Source of the DNA: Gammaproteobacteria bacterium
Lineage (GTDB): Bacteria > Pseudomonadota > Gammaproteobacteria > Nitrococcales > Nitrococcaceae
NCBI GenBank assembly: GCA_030433275.1
Contig: JAUILK010000021.1
Location: forward strand, 8,177-40,176
Direction: 5' to 3'
DNA length: 32,000 bases
Part shown: positions 19,633-27,576 of the stretch, piece after piece
Layout of the letters: each line of letters begins with the position of its first letter
Numbering within the stretch: the stretch's first letter is position 1
Position numbers and translations under genes: made by a program
Notes under the pieces: model-generated
Database searches by the model: none
What the model was told of the DNA's origin: nothing
The model's input: only the letters and a program-made list of their open reading frames with translations

Positions 19633-20553
19633 ATGGACGTGATATTGGCTCAACCCCGTGGATTTTGTGCCGGTGTGGTTCGCGCCGTCGAGATCGTCGA
19701 AAGTGCCTTGGCACTCCACGGCGCCCCTGTCTATGTACTGCACGAGATCGTGCACAATCAGCACGTAGTCCAGGATCTCAGCAAGCGCGGTGCAATTTTT
19801 GTGGAGTCCCTCGAAGAGGTCCCCGTGCAATCAGTGATTATATTCAGCGCTCACGGGGTCGCGACCGCTGTAGCTCAGCGAGCCAGGGGGATGGGTCTTC
19901 GGATTATTGACGCGACCTGTCCGTTGGTGAGCAAAGTCCATCGGCAGGCGCAGCGCTATCGTGACGCAGGCTACGAACTTATCATTGTTGGTCATGGCGG
20001 GCACCCCGAAGTGCAGGGTACTCGTGGTCGAGTGGAAGGGCCGGTGCATGTGCTTGCAACGGCGGAAGAAGTCGATGCGTTGCGCGTTCAGGACCCGCAA
20101 GCGCTCGCCTACGTCACGCAAACGACTTTGAGTCTCGACGATACCCGTGAGGTTGTTGCGGCGCTCAAGGCCCGATTCCCAAAAATTCAAGGCCCCGGCC
20201 TGAACGACATCTGTTACGCTACTCAAAATCGCCAGAACGCGGTGCGTGAACTCGCCGCACAAGTCGATGTGTTACTTGTGGTCGGTGCTCGCAACAGCTC
20301 CAATTCCAACCGCTTGCGCGAAGTTGGCGAACAGATGGGGGTTCGTTCCTATCTCCTGCAAACCGAGGATGATCTGGAACCGGAGTGGTTCCCTGCTTGC
20401 ACCCGCGTGGGCATAACCGCGGGGGCATCGGCTCCGGAAGTGCTGGTGCAGCAGGTACTCGAGCGCTTGCGTGTGTTTGGCGTTGAGACGGTTGCTGAGC
20501 TCGACGGCGTGAAGGAAGCGACGCGCTTTCGGCTACCACCCATGTCGGATTGA
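19633..20553 (+). CDS. ispH: 4-hydroxy-3-methylbut-2-enyl diphosphate reductase
   Basis: The ATG at 19633 gives MDVILAQPRGFCAGVVRAVEIVE. The three cluster cysteine contexts are present (FCAGV, DATCPLV, NDICYAT), as is SSNSNRL. The product is 306 aa. Confidence 0.93.
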   Translation: MDVILAQPRGFCAGVVRAVEIVESALALHGAPVYVLHEIVHNQHVVQDLSKRGAIFVESLEEVPVQSVIIFSAHGVATAVAQRARGMGLRIIDATCPLVSKVHRQAQRYRDAGYELIIVGHGGHPEVQGTRGRVEGPVHVLATAEEVDALRVQDPQALAYVTQTTLSLDDTREVVAALKARFPKIQGPGLNDICYATQNRQNAVRELAAQVDVLLVVGARNSSNSNRLREVGEQMGVRSYLLQTEDDLEPEWFPACTRVGITAGASAPEVLVQQVLERLRVFGVETVAELDGVKEATRFRLPPMSD

Positions 20554-20614
20554 TAGGGCGGCGCGCGTTTGGATTTTAACTTACCCCTCTTCGGTCTAGG
20601 GAAGGAAGTTTATT

Positions 20615-21766
20615 ATGGGCATCCCGCTGATCCAGAAGTACCGGATCGGTCGTTATATCCTCTCCAAGCGAATCAAGGGCGAGCGGCGTTACCCGCTGGT
20701 GTTGATGCTTGAGCCGTTGTTTCAGTGCAATTTGGCGTGTGCTGGTTGCGGCAAGATCGACTATCCCAGCGAGATTCTGCGCAAACGTTTGAGCGTCGAA
20801 CAGGCACTCGGCGCGGTGGATGAGTGCGATGTGCCCGTAGTCTCTATCCCCGGGGGGGAGCCATTGATTCACAAAGAAATGCCGCGCATCGTCGAGGGGA
20901 TCATCGCGCGCAAAAAGTTCGTCTATCTTTGCACGAACGCAATTTTATTGGCGAAGAAGCTGGATGATTACCGTCCCTCGCCGTATTTGACATTCTCGGT
21001 GCATTTAGACGGCAATCGCGAGCGACACGATGAGTCGGTTTGTCAGGAAGGCGTGTTCGACAAGGCGGTTGCCGCTATCCGCAAGGCGCGCGATCGGGGT
21101 TTTCGGGTCAACATCAACTGCACCCTTTTTCAGGGCGAGGATCCGGTGGAGGTCGCCGATTTCTTCGACTTTGTTACCGACCTCGGCGTCGAGGGTATCA
21201 CTGTTTCCCCGGGCTATAGCTACGAGCGTGCTCCGCGCGATGATGTTTTTCTGGCCCGCAGCCAGAGCAAGCAGCTGTTTCGTGAGGTCTTCCGTCGCGA
21301 TCGCCGCCGGCGCTGGCCGCTGAGCCATTCTGTGTTGTTTCTGGATTTCTTGGCGGGCAATCAAACCTATGAGTGCACGCCTTGGAGCAACCCCACCTAC
21401 AACGTCTTCGGCTGGCAAAAACCATGCTATCTTCTGGCGGACGAAGGTTATGCTGCTACGTTTAAGGAACTCATGGAGGAGACCGACTGGAAGCACTATG
21501 GCACCGGGCGAAATCCAAAATGCGATAATTGCATGGCGCACTGTGGCTATGAGGGAAGTGCGGTAGCTGACACTCTGCTACACCCTTGGAAAGCGCTTGG
21601 GGTGAGTTTGCGCGGCCCGCGTACCCGAGGTCCGATGGCACCGGAAGTGCCGATTCATTATGCCCAGGAAGAGCTGGCGGCCCGTGGCGATGAGGTTCGG
21701 ATACCAGTGGAGCGCATCTCTCGGAGTGAGCCACGCGCGGCTGTGCCACCCGGGGCGCAGCGCTGA
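20615..21766 (+). CDS. hpnH: Adenosyl-hopene transferase HpnH (radical SAM)
   Basis: It has a strong RBS (GGGAAGGAAG) and the radical SAM CxxxCxxC motif CNLACAGC at nt 20726-20749. At 383 aa and placed in the hopanoid cluster next to ispH, it fits HpnH. Confidence 0.9.
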   Translation: MGIPLIQKYRIGRYILSKRIKGERRYPLVLMLEPLFQCNLACAGCGKIDYPSEILRKRLSVEQALGAVDECDVPVVSIPGGEPLIHKEMPRIVEGIIARKKFVYLCTNAILLAKKLDDYRPSPYLTFSVHLDGNRERHDESVCQEGVFDKAVAAIRKARDRGFRVNINCTLFQGEDPVEVADFFDFVTDLGVEGITVSPGYSYERAPRDDVFLARSQSKQLFREVFRRDRRRRWPLSHSVLFLDFLAGNQTYECTPWSNPTYNVFGWQKPCYLLADEGYAATFKELMEETDWKHYGTGRNPKCDNCMAHCGYEGSAVADTLLHPWKALGVSLRGPRTRGPMAPEVPIHYAQEELAARGDEVRIPVERISRSEPRAAVPPGAQR

Positions 21767-21770
21767 TTCA

Positions 21771-22751
21771 GTGGGCGTCGGGCTCGAAGTGCTGTGGACG
21801 GCTTATCCGGCATTGTTGGGGATGATTTTATGGTTGGGGGTGCTCGTCGTGCCATGGAGGCCTTGGAGCACTCAGGAACGGCTGGACGTTCGAGACGGGG
21901 TTGGGAAAGACGTTAGTCTGAGCGATATCACCGTTTTGATTCCAGCGCGCAACGAAGCGCAGATGATCGCTCGCTGCTTGTCTGCGCTGAGTTCGCAAGG
22001 CAAAGACTTGCAGGTCGTGGTCGTTGACGATCAGTCCACGGACGATACTGTTGTGGCCATTCCCGCGCTTCCGGCGCTACGCCTCGAGGTTATCCCTGGA
22101 CGGCCGTTGCCGGAAGGTTGGGCCGGCAATCTCTGGGCCTTGGAGCAAGGGATGCAACGGGTTCGCACGCCGCTTATTTTGTTGCTCGATGCCGATATTG
22201 TGCTGGTTCCGGGCATGGTGGCCACACTACGTGCCCGGCTCTTGCAGCAGGGTTTGGATCTGGTTTCGGTCATGCCGTGGTTGCGTATGCAAGCTCTTTG
22301 GGAGCGGCTGCTCATCCCGTCGTTTATCTTTTTTTTCAAGTTGCTGTATCCGTTTCGACTCGCTAATTCCGGTTCGGTGCGCTTTTCTGCCGCCGCGGGT
22401 GGTTGCATCCTGTTGCGCACCGAGGCCTTGCATCGCATCGGTGGTTTCGCGGCCCTGCGTAGTGCGCTCATCGATGACTGCACTCTGGCGCGGCGAATCA
22501 AGTTGGCTGGAGGGTTGAGTTGGACCGGTCTGACGCGCAGCGCGTGGAGTCTGCGAAGCTACCGGCGTTTGAGCGAGCTCTGGAATATGGTAGCCCGTTC
22601 CGCGTTTATCCAGCTGCGTTATTCAACTGTTCTTCTGCTTGCGTGCACGCTTGTAATGATGACCGGTTTCTGGGGGGCCGTTGTCGGGCTAGCGCCGGGG
22701 GAGGGGATGGTTCGATGGGTTGGTCTGGCCGGGTGGTTTTTTTATGCATAA
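21771..22751 (+). CDS. Family-2 glycosyltransferase, hopene-associated HpnB-like (HpnI not excluded); N-terminal and catalytic portion, ending prematurely after a T7 run
   Basis: It has an N-terminal TM helix, then the GT2 core ITVLIPARNEAQMIARCL...LQVVVVDDQSTDDT...LLLDADIV...GGCILLR. The start is uncertain: GTG 21771, GTG 21789 or ATG 21822, and the ORF track begins inside hpnH at 21660. The frame ends GWFFYA* at 22751, while the homologous C-terminus continues in another frame. Confidence 0.65.
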   Translation: MGVGLEVLWTAYPALLGMILWLGVLVVPWRPWSTQERLDVRDGVGKDVSLSDITVLIPARNEAQMIARCLSALSSQGKDLQVVVVDDQSTDDTVVAIPALPALRLEVIPGRPLPEGWAGNLWALEQGMQRVRTPLILLLDADIVLVPGMVATLRARLLQQGLDLVSVMPWLRMQALWERLLIPSFIFFFKLLYPFRLANSGSVRFSAAAGGCILLRTEALHRIGGFAALRSALIDDCTLARRIKLAGGLSWTGLTRSAWSLRSYRRLSELWNMVARSAFIQLRYSTVLLLACTLVMMTGFWGAVVGLAPGEGMVRWVGLAGWFFYA

Positions 22752-22906
22752 GCTATTTGCCGACGCTGTTGTACTATCGATTGAGCCCGCTGTGGGCGCT
22801 GCTGTTGCCGATCATCGCCACGCTGTACCTGGCTATGACCTGGACGTCGGCCATGCGTTACTGGCGCGGCATACGTTCGCGCTGGAAAGGGCGTACTTAT
22901 GTGTGA
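22742..22906 (+). pseudogene. Out-of-frame C-terminal segment of the same HpnB-like glycosyltransferase, in the -1 frame relative to 21771..22751
   Basis: From nt 22742 this frame reads LCISYLPTLLYYRLSPLWALLLPIIATLYLAMTWTSAMRYWRGIRSRWKGRTYV*. That is the conserved membrane C-terminus (…WKGRxY) I recall for HpnB-type enzymes. The frame switch maps to T7 at 22737-22743. Confidence 0.55.
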
Positions 22907-23071
22907 GGCGAATTTAAATCTGGCTATCGAGTCGAAGGTCTGATTGTCACTAACGAAACCGCAGTCGTTATCGCCTACTTGGATGTGAACGGTCTCGTAA
23001 AGCAGGCGTGATGAACCGGTAGAGGCGGTGAAGGTTACCGAGTCGGGTGGTTTGATCGATGCCTTAGCGAT

Positions 23072-23584
23072 TCAGGCGGCGGCTGCCAGAGCCGCTGGCT
23101 GCAGCGCTTCGACCAGCTCCAGCAGCAGCGCTTTTTCGGGTGGCGAGAAACGCTCGTGCGCATCATAGGGGTAGCGGGGTACTGTGGCGGCCCCGATATC
23201 GAGGCAGTACTCCAGGATCATCCGACGCCGTTTGTTATTCACTCGAGGATCCGAGTGATCGAAAATCACGGGCATGGCCAATTGTCGAAGTTCACGCAGC
23301 ATCGTGCGGTTCGGCTGCTTACTGAGAAAGCGCTCGACGAAGGCGTTGACCTGCCCTGCGGTAAGCACGCTCAGGCCATGTGCTTCGTGGTCCAGTTCAG
23401 CGAGCCGCCGTAAGGCAAACTCGTAGACAAGGGCGGCCTCCGCGGGCTTGCTTCGGCCGTCGGCCCATACCATCTCGATGAGCGGAATCAGTTCGAGGAG
23501 GTAGATCTCGTGACCTTGAATACCGTACTGAGTTTCCAGCACCGTCAGAGCATCTTCACGCGTGATGTGCACTACGTTTTTCAT
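23072..23584 (-). CDS. Hypothetical protein, TerB-like (tellurite-resistance TerB / DjlA N-domain-like fold)
   Basis: The ATG at 23584 gives MKNVVHITREDALTVL. The pattern LIPLIEMVWADGRSKPAEAALVYEFA, with a second helical half, resembles the TerB-like ADG...E motif. This is a weak assignment from pattern only. An alternative start lies at 23605. Confidence 0.45.
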   Translation of the reverse strand: MKNVVHITREDALTVLETQYGIQGHEIYLLELIPLIEMVWADGRSKPAEAALVYEFALRRLAELDHEAHGLSVLTAGQVNAFVERFLSKQPNRTMLRELRQLAMPVIFDHSDPRVNNKRRRMILEYCLDIGAATVPRYPYDAHERFSPPEKALLLELVEALQPAALAAAA

Positions 23585-23668
23585 TCGTATGCTACCCTCT
23601 AGCATGACTCACACATCGGCAGTATGGCAGCAACTCGTCTCGCCGCGTCCCCGGTCGTCTGTTATTTG

Positions 23669-25954
23669 CTACCGTTGATGCTTTTTGAAAGCGTCAGCGA
23701 GGGCTGTCGTTGGGCCGCGCTCTTTGGCGCTAGCTTTGCGTTGGTCGAATGGCCGCTGCTGCCCATCACCTGATAGGCGCATGGAAAGCTCGATGCGGCT
23801 GCGTTTGAGATCGACGCTCACCACCCGGACGGTTACGACATCGCCCGGTCTGGCCACATCGCGCGGATCGCGCACGAAATGCTCGGCCATAGCTGAGATA
23901 TGGACCAGGCCATCTTGATGAACTCCGATATCCACGAAGGCGCCGAAGTTGGTGACATTGGTCACGACGCCCTCGAGAATCATACCGGAGGTGAGATCTC
24001 CCAGATGCTCCACTCCATCCCGAAAATGGGCGGTGCTAAATTCCGGGCGCGGATCCCGCCCCGGCTTCTCCAGCTCCCTCAGGATATCGGTTATGGTGGG
24101 GATGCCAAAGCGTGCATCGGTGAAATTGGCGGGCGTGACGGTGCGCAGCAATTCGGCATTGCCAATTAATGATTGAATGGGGTAAGCCATGGCCGTAGCG
24201 ATGCGCTCAACTAGTGAATAGGCCTCGGGATGCACGGCAGAGGCATCCAGAGGCTGCTCGCCATGGCGAATCCGCAAGAAGCCAGCGGCCTGCTCAAAGG
24301 CTTTGGCGCCGAAGCGCGGTACGGCCTTGAGTTCTTCCCGGCAGCGAAATCCCTTTTGGTTGTCACGATAGGCAACCACCCGCTTGGCCAGCGCCGAAGA
24401 AAGTCCGGCGACGTGTGTCAGAAGCGCGGCTGAAGCTGTGTTCAGGTCGACGCCTACGGCGTTGACGCAGTCTTCGACCACGTCTCGTAAGGCGCTTGTG
24501 AGTTCCGTTTGATCAACGTCGTGTTGATATTGGCCGACGCCGATCGAGCGGGGCTCGATCTTGACCAACTCGGCGAGCGGGTCCTGGACCCGGCGAGCGA
24601 TCGAGACCGCGCCGCGTAGGGAAACGTCGAGGTTCGGCAGCTCGTCGGCGGCCTGTTGCGAGGCGGAGTAAATCGATGCCCCTGCTTCGGAGACCATTAC
24701 GTCCTGCGCGCCGATTTCCGGGTGTGCGCGACGCAAGTCACCGACCAGCTTTTGGGTCTCGCGCGAGGCGGTGCCGTTGCCGATGGCGATCAATGTAACT
24801 CGATGCGCTTGTGCAAGTGCGGCCAGAGCGGTAACCGTTTCAGTCCAGCGGTGCCTTGGTGCATGCGGGTAGACTGTGGTCGTGTTCAATAGCTTACCGG
24901 TTGTGTCCACGACAGCAACTTTGCAGCCCGTCCGCAGACCAGGGTCGATACCCAGCACCACGTGCGCTCCGGCCGGTGCAGCGAGCAGCAGATCGCGCAG
25001 ATTGCGGCCGAACACCCGAATGGCTTCTGAATCCGCCGCCGCCTTGAGACGACCGAACAGATCGGTCTCCAACCGGGGGAGCAGCTTCACCCGCCAGGTA
25101 AATCGAGCCACTTCGGCGAGCCAGTGCTCGCCGGGCCGGGTACCCTCGCGCAATCCGAGATAACCGCTGATCATGCGTTCCGCGATGCTGGGTGAGCAGC
25201 GGGGCTCTTCGAGCTCATCCGGCATGATCAGGCGTAGGCGCAGCACGCGTGCGCGCCGGCCCCGCAGCAGCGCCAGTGCTCGGTGGGAGGGAATTTTGCA
25301 GATGGCCTCGCGATAATGAACGTAGTCGGAGAACTTGGTGTCGTTTTGCGCCGCCTGTTCGGTGCCTTCGGCGATCAGCAGCCCATGCTGCCAAGCGTAT
25401 TCGCGCAGACGATCCAACAGCCCCGCGTCTTCGGCGAAGCGTTCGGCGAGAATAAATCGAGCGCCTTCTAAAGCACTGCCTGGAGCATTGATTCCCTGCG
25501 ACGGATTAAGATAGTGTGCCGCCAGAGTTTGCGGATCCTGCGACGGGTCGGTCAACAGGGCCTGTGCGAGTGGCGCCAAACCTGCCTCGCGCGCGATTTC
25601 ACCTTTGGTGCGGCGCTTTTTTTTGAATGGTAGGTAGAGATCTTCCAGGCGAGTCCTGGTGTCTGCCTGCCGGATCGAGCGGGCAAGCTCCGCAGTGAGC
25701 TCGCCCTGCTCTGAAATGGTCTTTAGAATTACCTCACGGCGCTTTTCCAGGCCGCGCTGATAACTTAATCGTTTCTCCAGTGTCCGCAACAGATTGTCAT
25801 CGAGCCCACCTGTCACCTCTTTGCGATAACGGGCGATGAAGGGCACGGTTGCACCTTCGTCGAGCAATTCAATCGCCGCTGCTACTTGCTTGGAGTTTAC
25901 CCGCAGTTCCTCAGCGATACGCTGCGCGATGTTTTGCGCCATGAGTTGGTCCAT
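23669..25954 (-). CDS. tex: Transcription accessory protein Tex (YqgF/HhH/S1 domains)
   Basis: 761 aa. The N-terminus has LLDEGATVPFIARYRKEVTGGLDD. It has a YqgF-like core (GIDPGLRTGCKVAVVD) and a C-terminal S1 domain (GVVTNVTNFGAFVDIGVHQDGLVHIS). Confidence 0.93.
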   Translation of the reverse strand: MDQLMAQNIAQRIAEELRVNSKQVAAAIELLDEGATVPFIARYRKEVTGGLDDNLLRTLEKRLSYQRGLEKRREVILKTISEQGELTAELARSIRQADTRTRLEDLYLPFKKKRRTKGEIAREAGLAPLAQALLTDPSQDPQTLAAHYLNPSQGINAPGSALEGARFILAERFAEDAGLLDRLREYAWQHGLLIAEGTEQAAQNDTKFSDYVHYREAICKIPSHRALALLRGRRARVLRLRLIMPDELEEPRCSPSIAERMISGYLGLREGTRPGEHWLAEVARFTWRVKLLPRLETDLFGRLKAAADSEAIRVFGRNLRDLLLAAPAGAHVVLGIDPGLRTGCKVAVVDTTGKLLNTTTVYPHAPRHRWTETVTALAALAQAHRVTLIAIGNGTASRETQKLVGDLRRAHPEIGAQDVMVSEAGASIYSASQQAADELPNLDVSLRGAVSIARRVQDPLAELVKIEPRSIGVGQYQHDVDQTELTSALRDVVEDCVNAVGVDLNTASAALLTHVAGLSSALAKRVVAYRDNQKGFRCREELKAVPRFGAKAFEQAAGFLRIRHGEQPLDASAVHPEAYSLVERIATAMAYPIQSLIGNAELLRTVTPANFTDARFGIPTITDILRELEKPGRDPRPEFSTAHFRDGVEHLGDLTSGMILEGVVTNVTNFGAFVDIGVHQDGLVHISAMAEHFVRDPRDVARPGDVVTVRVVSVDLKRSRIELSMRLSGDGQQRPFDQRKASAKERGPTTALADAFKKHQR

Positions 25955-26102
25955 CCGAATCAGTAGCAGATACCGCTCACCAGTACGATAATAGCGGCTT
26001 CCAGCCGCGCAATGCTTTATTTAAATAGGCGCGGCGGAAAACTGACGTGTTTTGCTGCCGCCACCCTTTATCCGTAATCGGACGCGGCGGGCCCTCAGCA
26101 AG

Positions 26103-26124
26103 GCCCCTGTGGCTGGGCAGGGGC
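26103..26124 (-). terminator. GC-rich hairpin immediately after the AI-2E transporter stop; possible terminator without a U-tract
   Basis: GCCCCTG (26103-26109) and CAGGGGC (26118-26124) form a 7-bp stem with an 8-nt loop, abutting the stop codon at 26125-26127. No T-run follows, so the call is weak. Confidence 0.25.
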
Positions 26125-27237
26125 TCAGTGTTCCGAGTTTTCGGGCTCGTCGTCTACCCTCCGGGGCTTACCGTAGAGGCTGCTGCGCAGATAACGATCA
26201 TGGGCATGCCGCAGTAGCACCGCGACAATTGCGGCGATCGGCAGTGCCAGCAAAACTCCAGTGAAGCCGAACAGCTGCCCGCCGGCGAGCACAGCGAAAA
26301 TCACCGCCACGGGATGTAGACCGATGCGATCACCGACCAGTAACGGTGTCAGTACCAGACTCTCGAGTAGCTGACCGACCAAGAACACGCCACAAACCAA
26401 GCCGAGCGGTATCAGCCAGTCGCTGAACTGAAACACCGTAGCCAATGCCGCCGAGCCGATCCCGACGATAAAGCCAAGATAGGGCACGATGCTGGCAATA
26501 CCCGCCAGCAGCCCCACGAGCAATGCCAGATCGAGTCCGATCAGCCATAACCCGAATGCGTAAATGACACCCAGCGCGAGCATGACTAGGAGCTGGCCGC
26601 GCAGGAACGCCGCCACAACCTCGTTACACTCGCCCGCCAGCGCGCTGATGCTCGGCTCCATCGGGCGTGGCAAGAGTTCACGAATGCGCCTGATCAGTAC
26701 ATCCCAGTCCCGCAGCAAATAGAAGGCTACTACGGGGATAAGGGCCAGGTTGGCTAGCAATCCGGCCAGTGCGAGACCGGAGCTTGTTGCCTGAGCGATC
26801 ACCCGGACCGCAAGGCTGCCGGTGGACTGCCAGTGTTCGGCAATCGCCCCACGCAGGGTCGCAAAATCCAGCGATTCGATGGCGACCCCAGCGTGGGTGC
26901 GCAACCAGGGCAGCCCGATCTGGTGCACCCAATCCACCATTTGTGGCAGTAACGAGCGTAGGGAGTCGATTTGACTACCAAGCATAGGGAGGAGCAGCAA
27001 GAACGAGCCGACGCCGACTAGGCTCAGTCCGGTGAATACCACAATGACCGCGAGGGTGCGATGCAACCGCAGTTGCTCCAGACGGTCGGCCAAGGGATCG
27101 GCAAGATAGGCGAGTAGCGTGCCGGTGAGAAAGGGCATCAGAATGGGTCGCAACAAGTAGATGAGCATACCGCCCAGAGCTAGGGCCAGTAGGAGCGGCC
27201 AAGCTCGGCGGTCGGGGAGGTCAAGAGAAGTTGTCAT
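26125..27237 (-). CDS. AI-2E family transporter (PerM/UPF0118)
   Basis: 370-aa polytopic membrane protein with the layout and motifs typical of UPF0118: LLLALALGGMLIYLLRPILMPF, a long central loop, and the C-terminal GLHPVAVIFAVLAGGQLFGFTGVLLALPIAA. Confidence 0.85.
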   Translation of the reverse strand: MTTSLDLPDRRAWPLLLALALGGMLIYLLRPILMPFLTGTLLAYLADPLADRLEQLRLHRTLAVIVVFTGLSLVGVGSFLLLLPMLGSQIDSLRSLLPQMVDWVHQIGLPWLRTHAGVAIESLDFATLRGAIAEHWQSTGSLAVRVIAQATSSGLALAGLLANLALIPVVAFYLLRDWDVLIRRIRELLPRPMEPSISALAGECNEVVAAFLRGQLLVMLALGVIYAFGLWLIGLDLALLVGLLAGIASIVPYLGFIVGIGSAALATVFQFSDWLIPLGLVCGVFLVGQLLESLVLTPLLVGDRIGLHPVAVIFAVLAGGQLFGFTGVLLALPIAAIVAVLLRHAHDRYLRSSLYGKPRRVDDEPENSEH

Positions 27238-27576
27238 GGCCAGTTTTTACGGCGGCAATGGGCAAATCCGATTTTGCCTCGAGCGGGGCGGGTCGAACAA
27301 CGGCGGTTGTTCCTAGCACAGTGTGTGGTCATGGGGCGTATCCATATGGTGCCGCGACTCTCACCCAGATCTTTTAAGCGGCTAATCTGTGGTAGAAGAG
27401 CTTGAAGAGCCGTATTTTTTGTTAGTCTGATATGGGGGAATAGGACTATAACAGATGGGTGCCGGTATGAGCGCATCCAAGGGTTTTTTTTAGGAGAGAG
27501 CGGGTCTGGAACCCACGGCTGCGGGAGGATGGCGTAGGCGGTGCGCCGAGCGCATGGCGTTATCTGGAGGCCCACA

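Noticed and set aside
22737-22744. T TTT TTA read as an HIV-like X XXY YYZ programmed -1 ribosomal frameshift site in the glycosyltransferase.
   Set aside because: The heptamer is in phase with the downstream (-1) frame, not the incoming zero frame, which reads TGG TTT TTT TAT. A canonical tandem slip would therefore leave a first-position mismatch in the P site. I saw no obvious downstream stimulatory pseudoknot or hairpin. A homopolymer indel or mutation is more parsimonious. Slippage is kept only as a minor alternative in the finding.
26033-26062. Imperfect hairpin GGCGG-AAAAC…GTTTT-(GCTG)-CCGCC between the AI-2E transporter gene and tex, considered as a rho-independent terminator.
   Set aside because: The stem has a 4-nt bulge. 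On the minus strand it is followed by GCGCCTATTTAAAT rather than an immediate U-tract. It could equally be part of the tex promoter region, so it is not reported as a feature.
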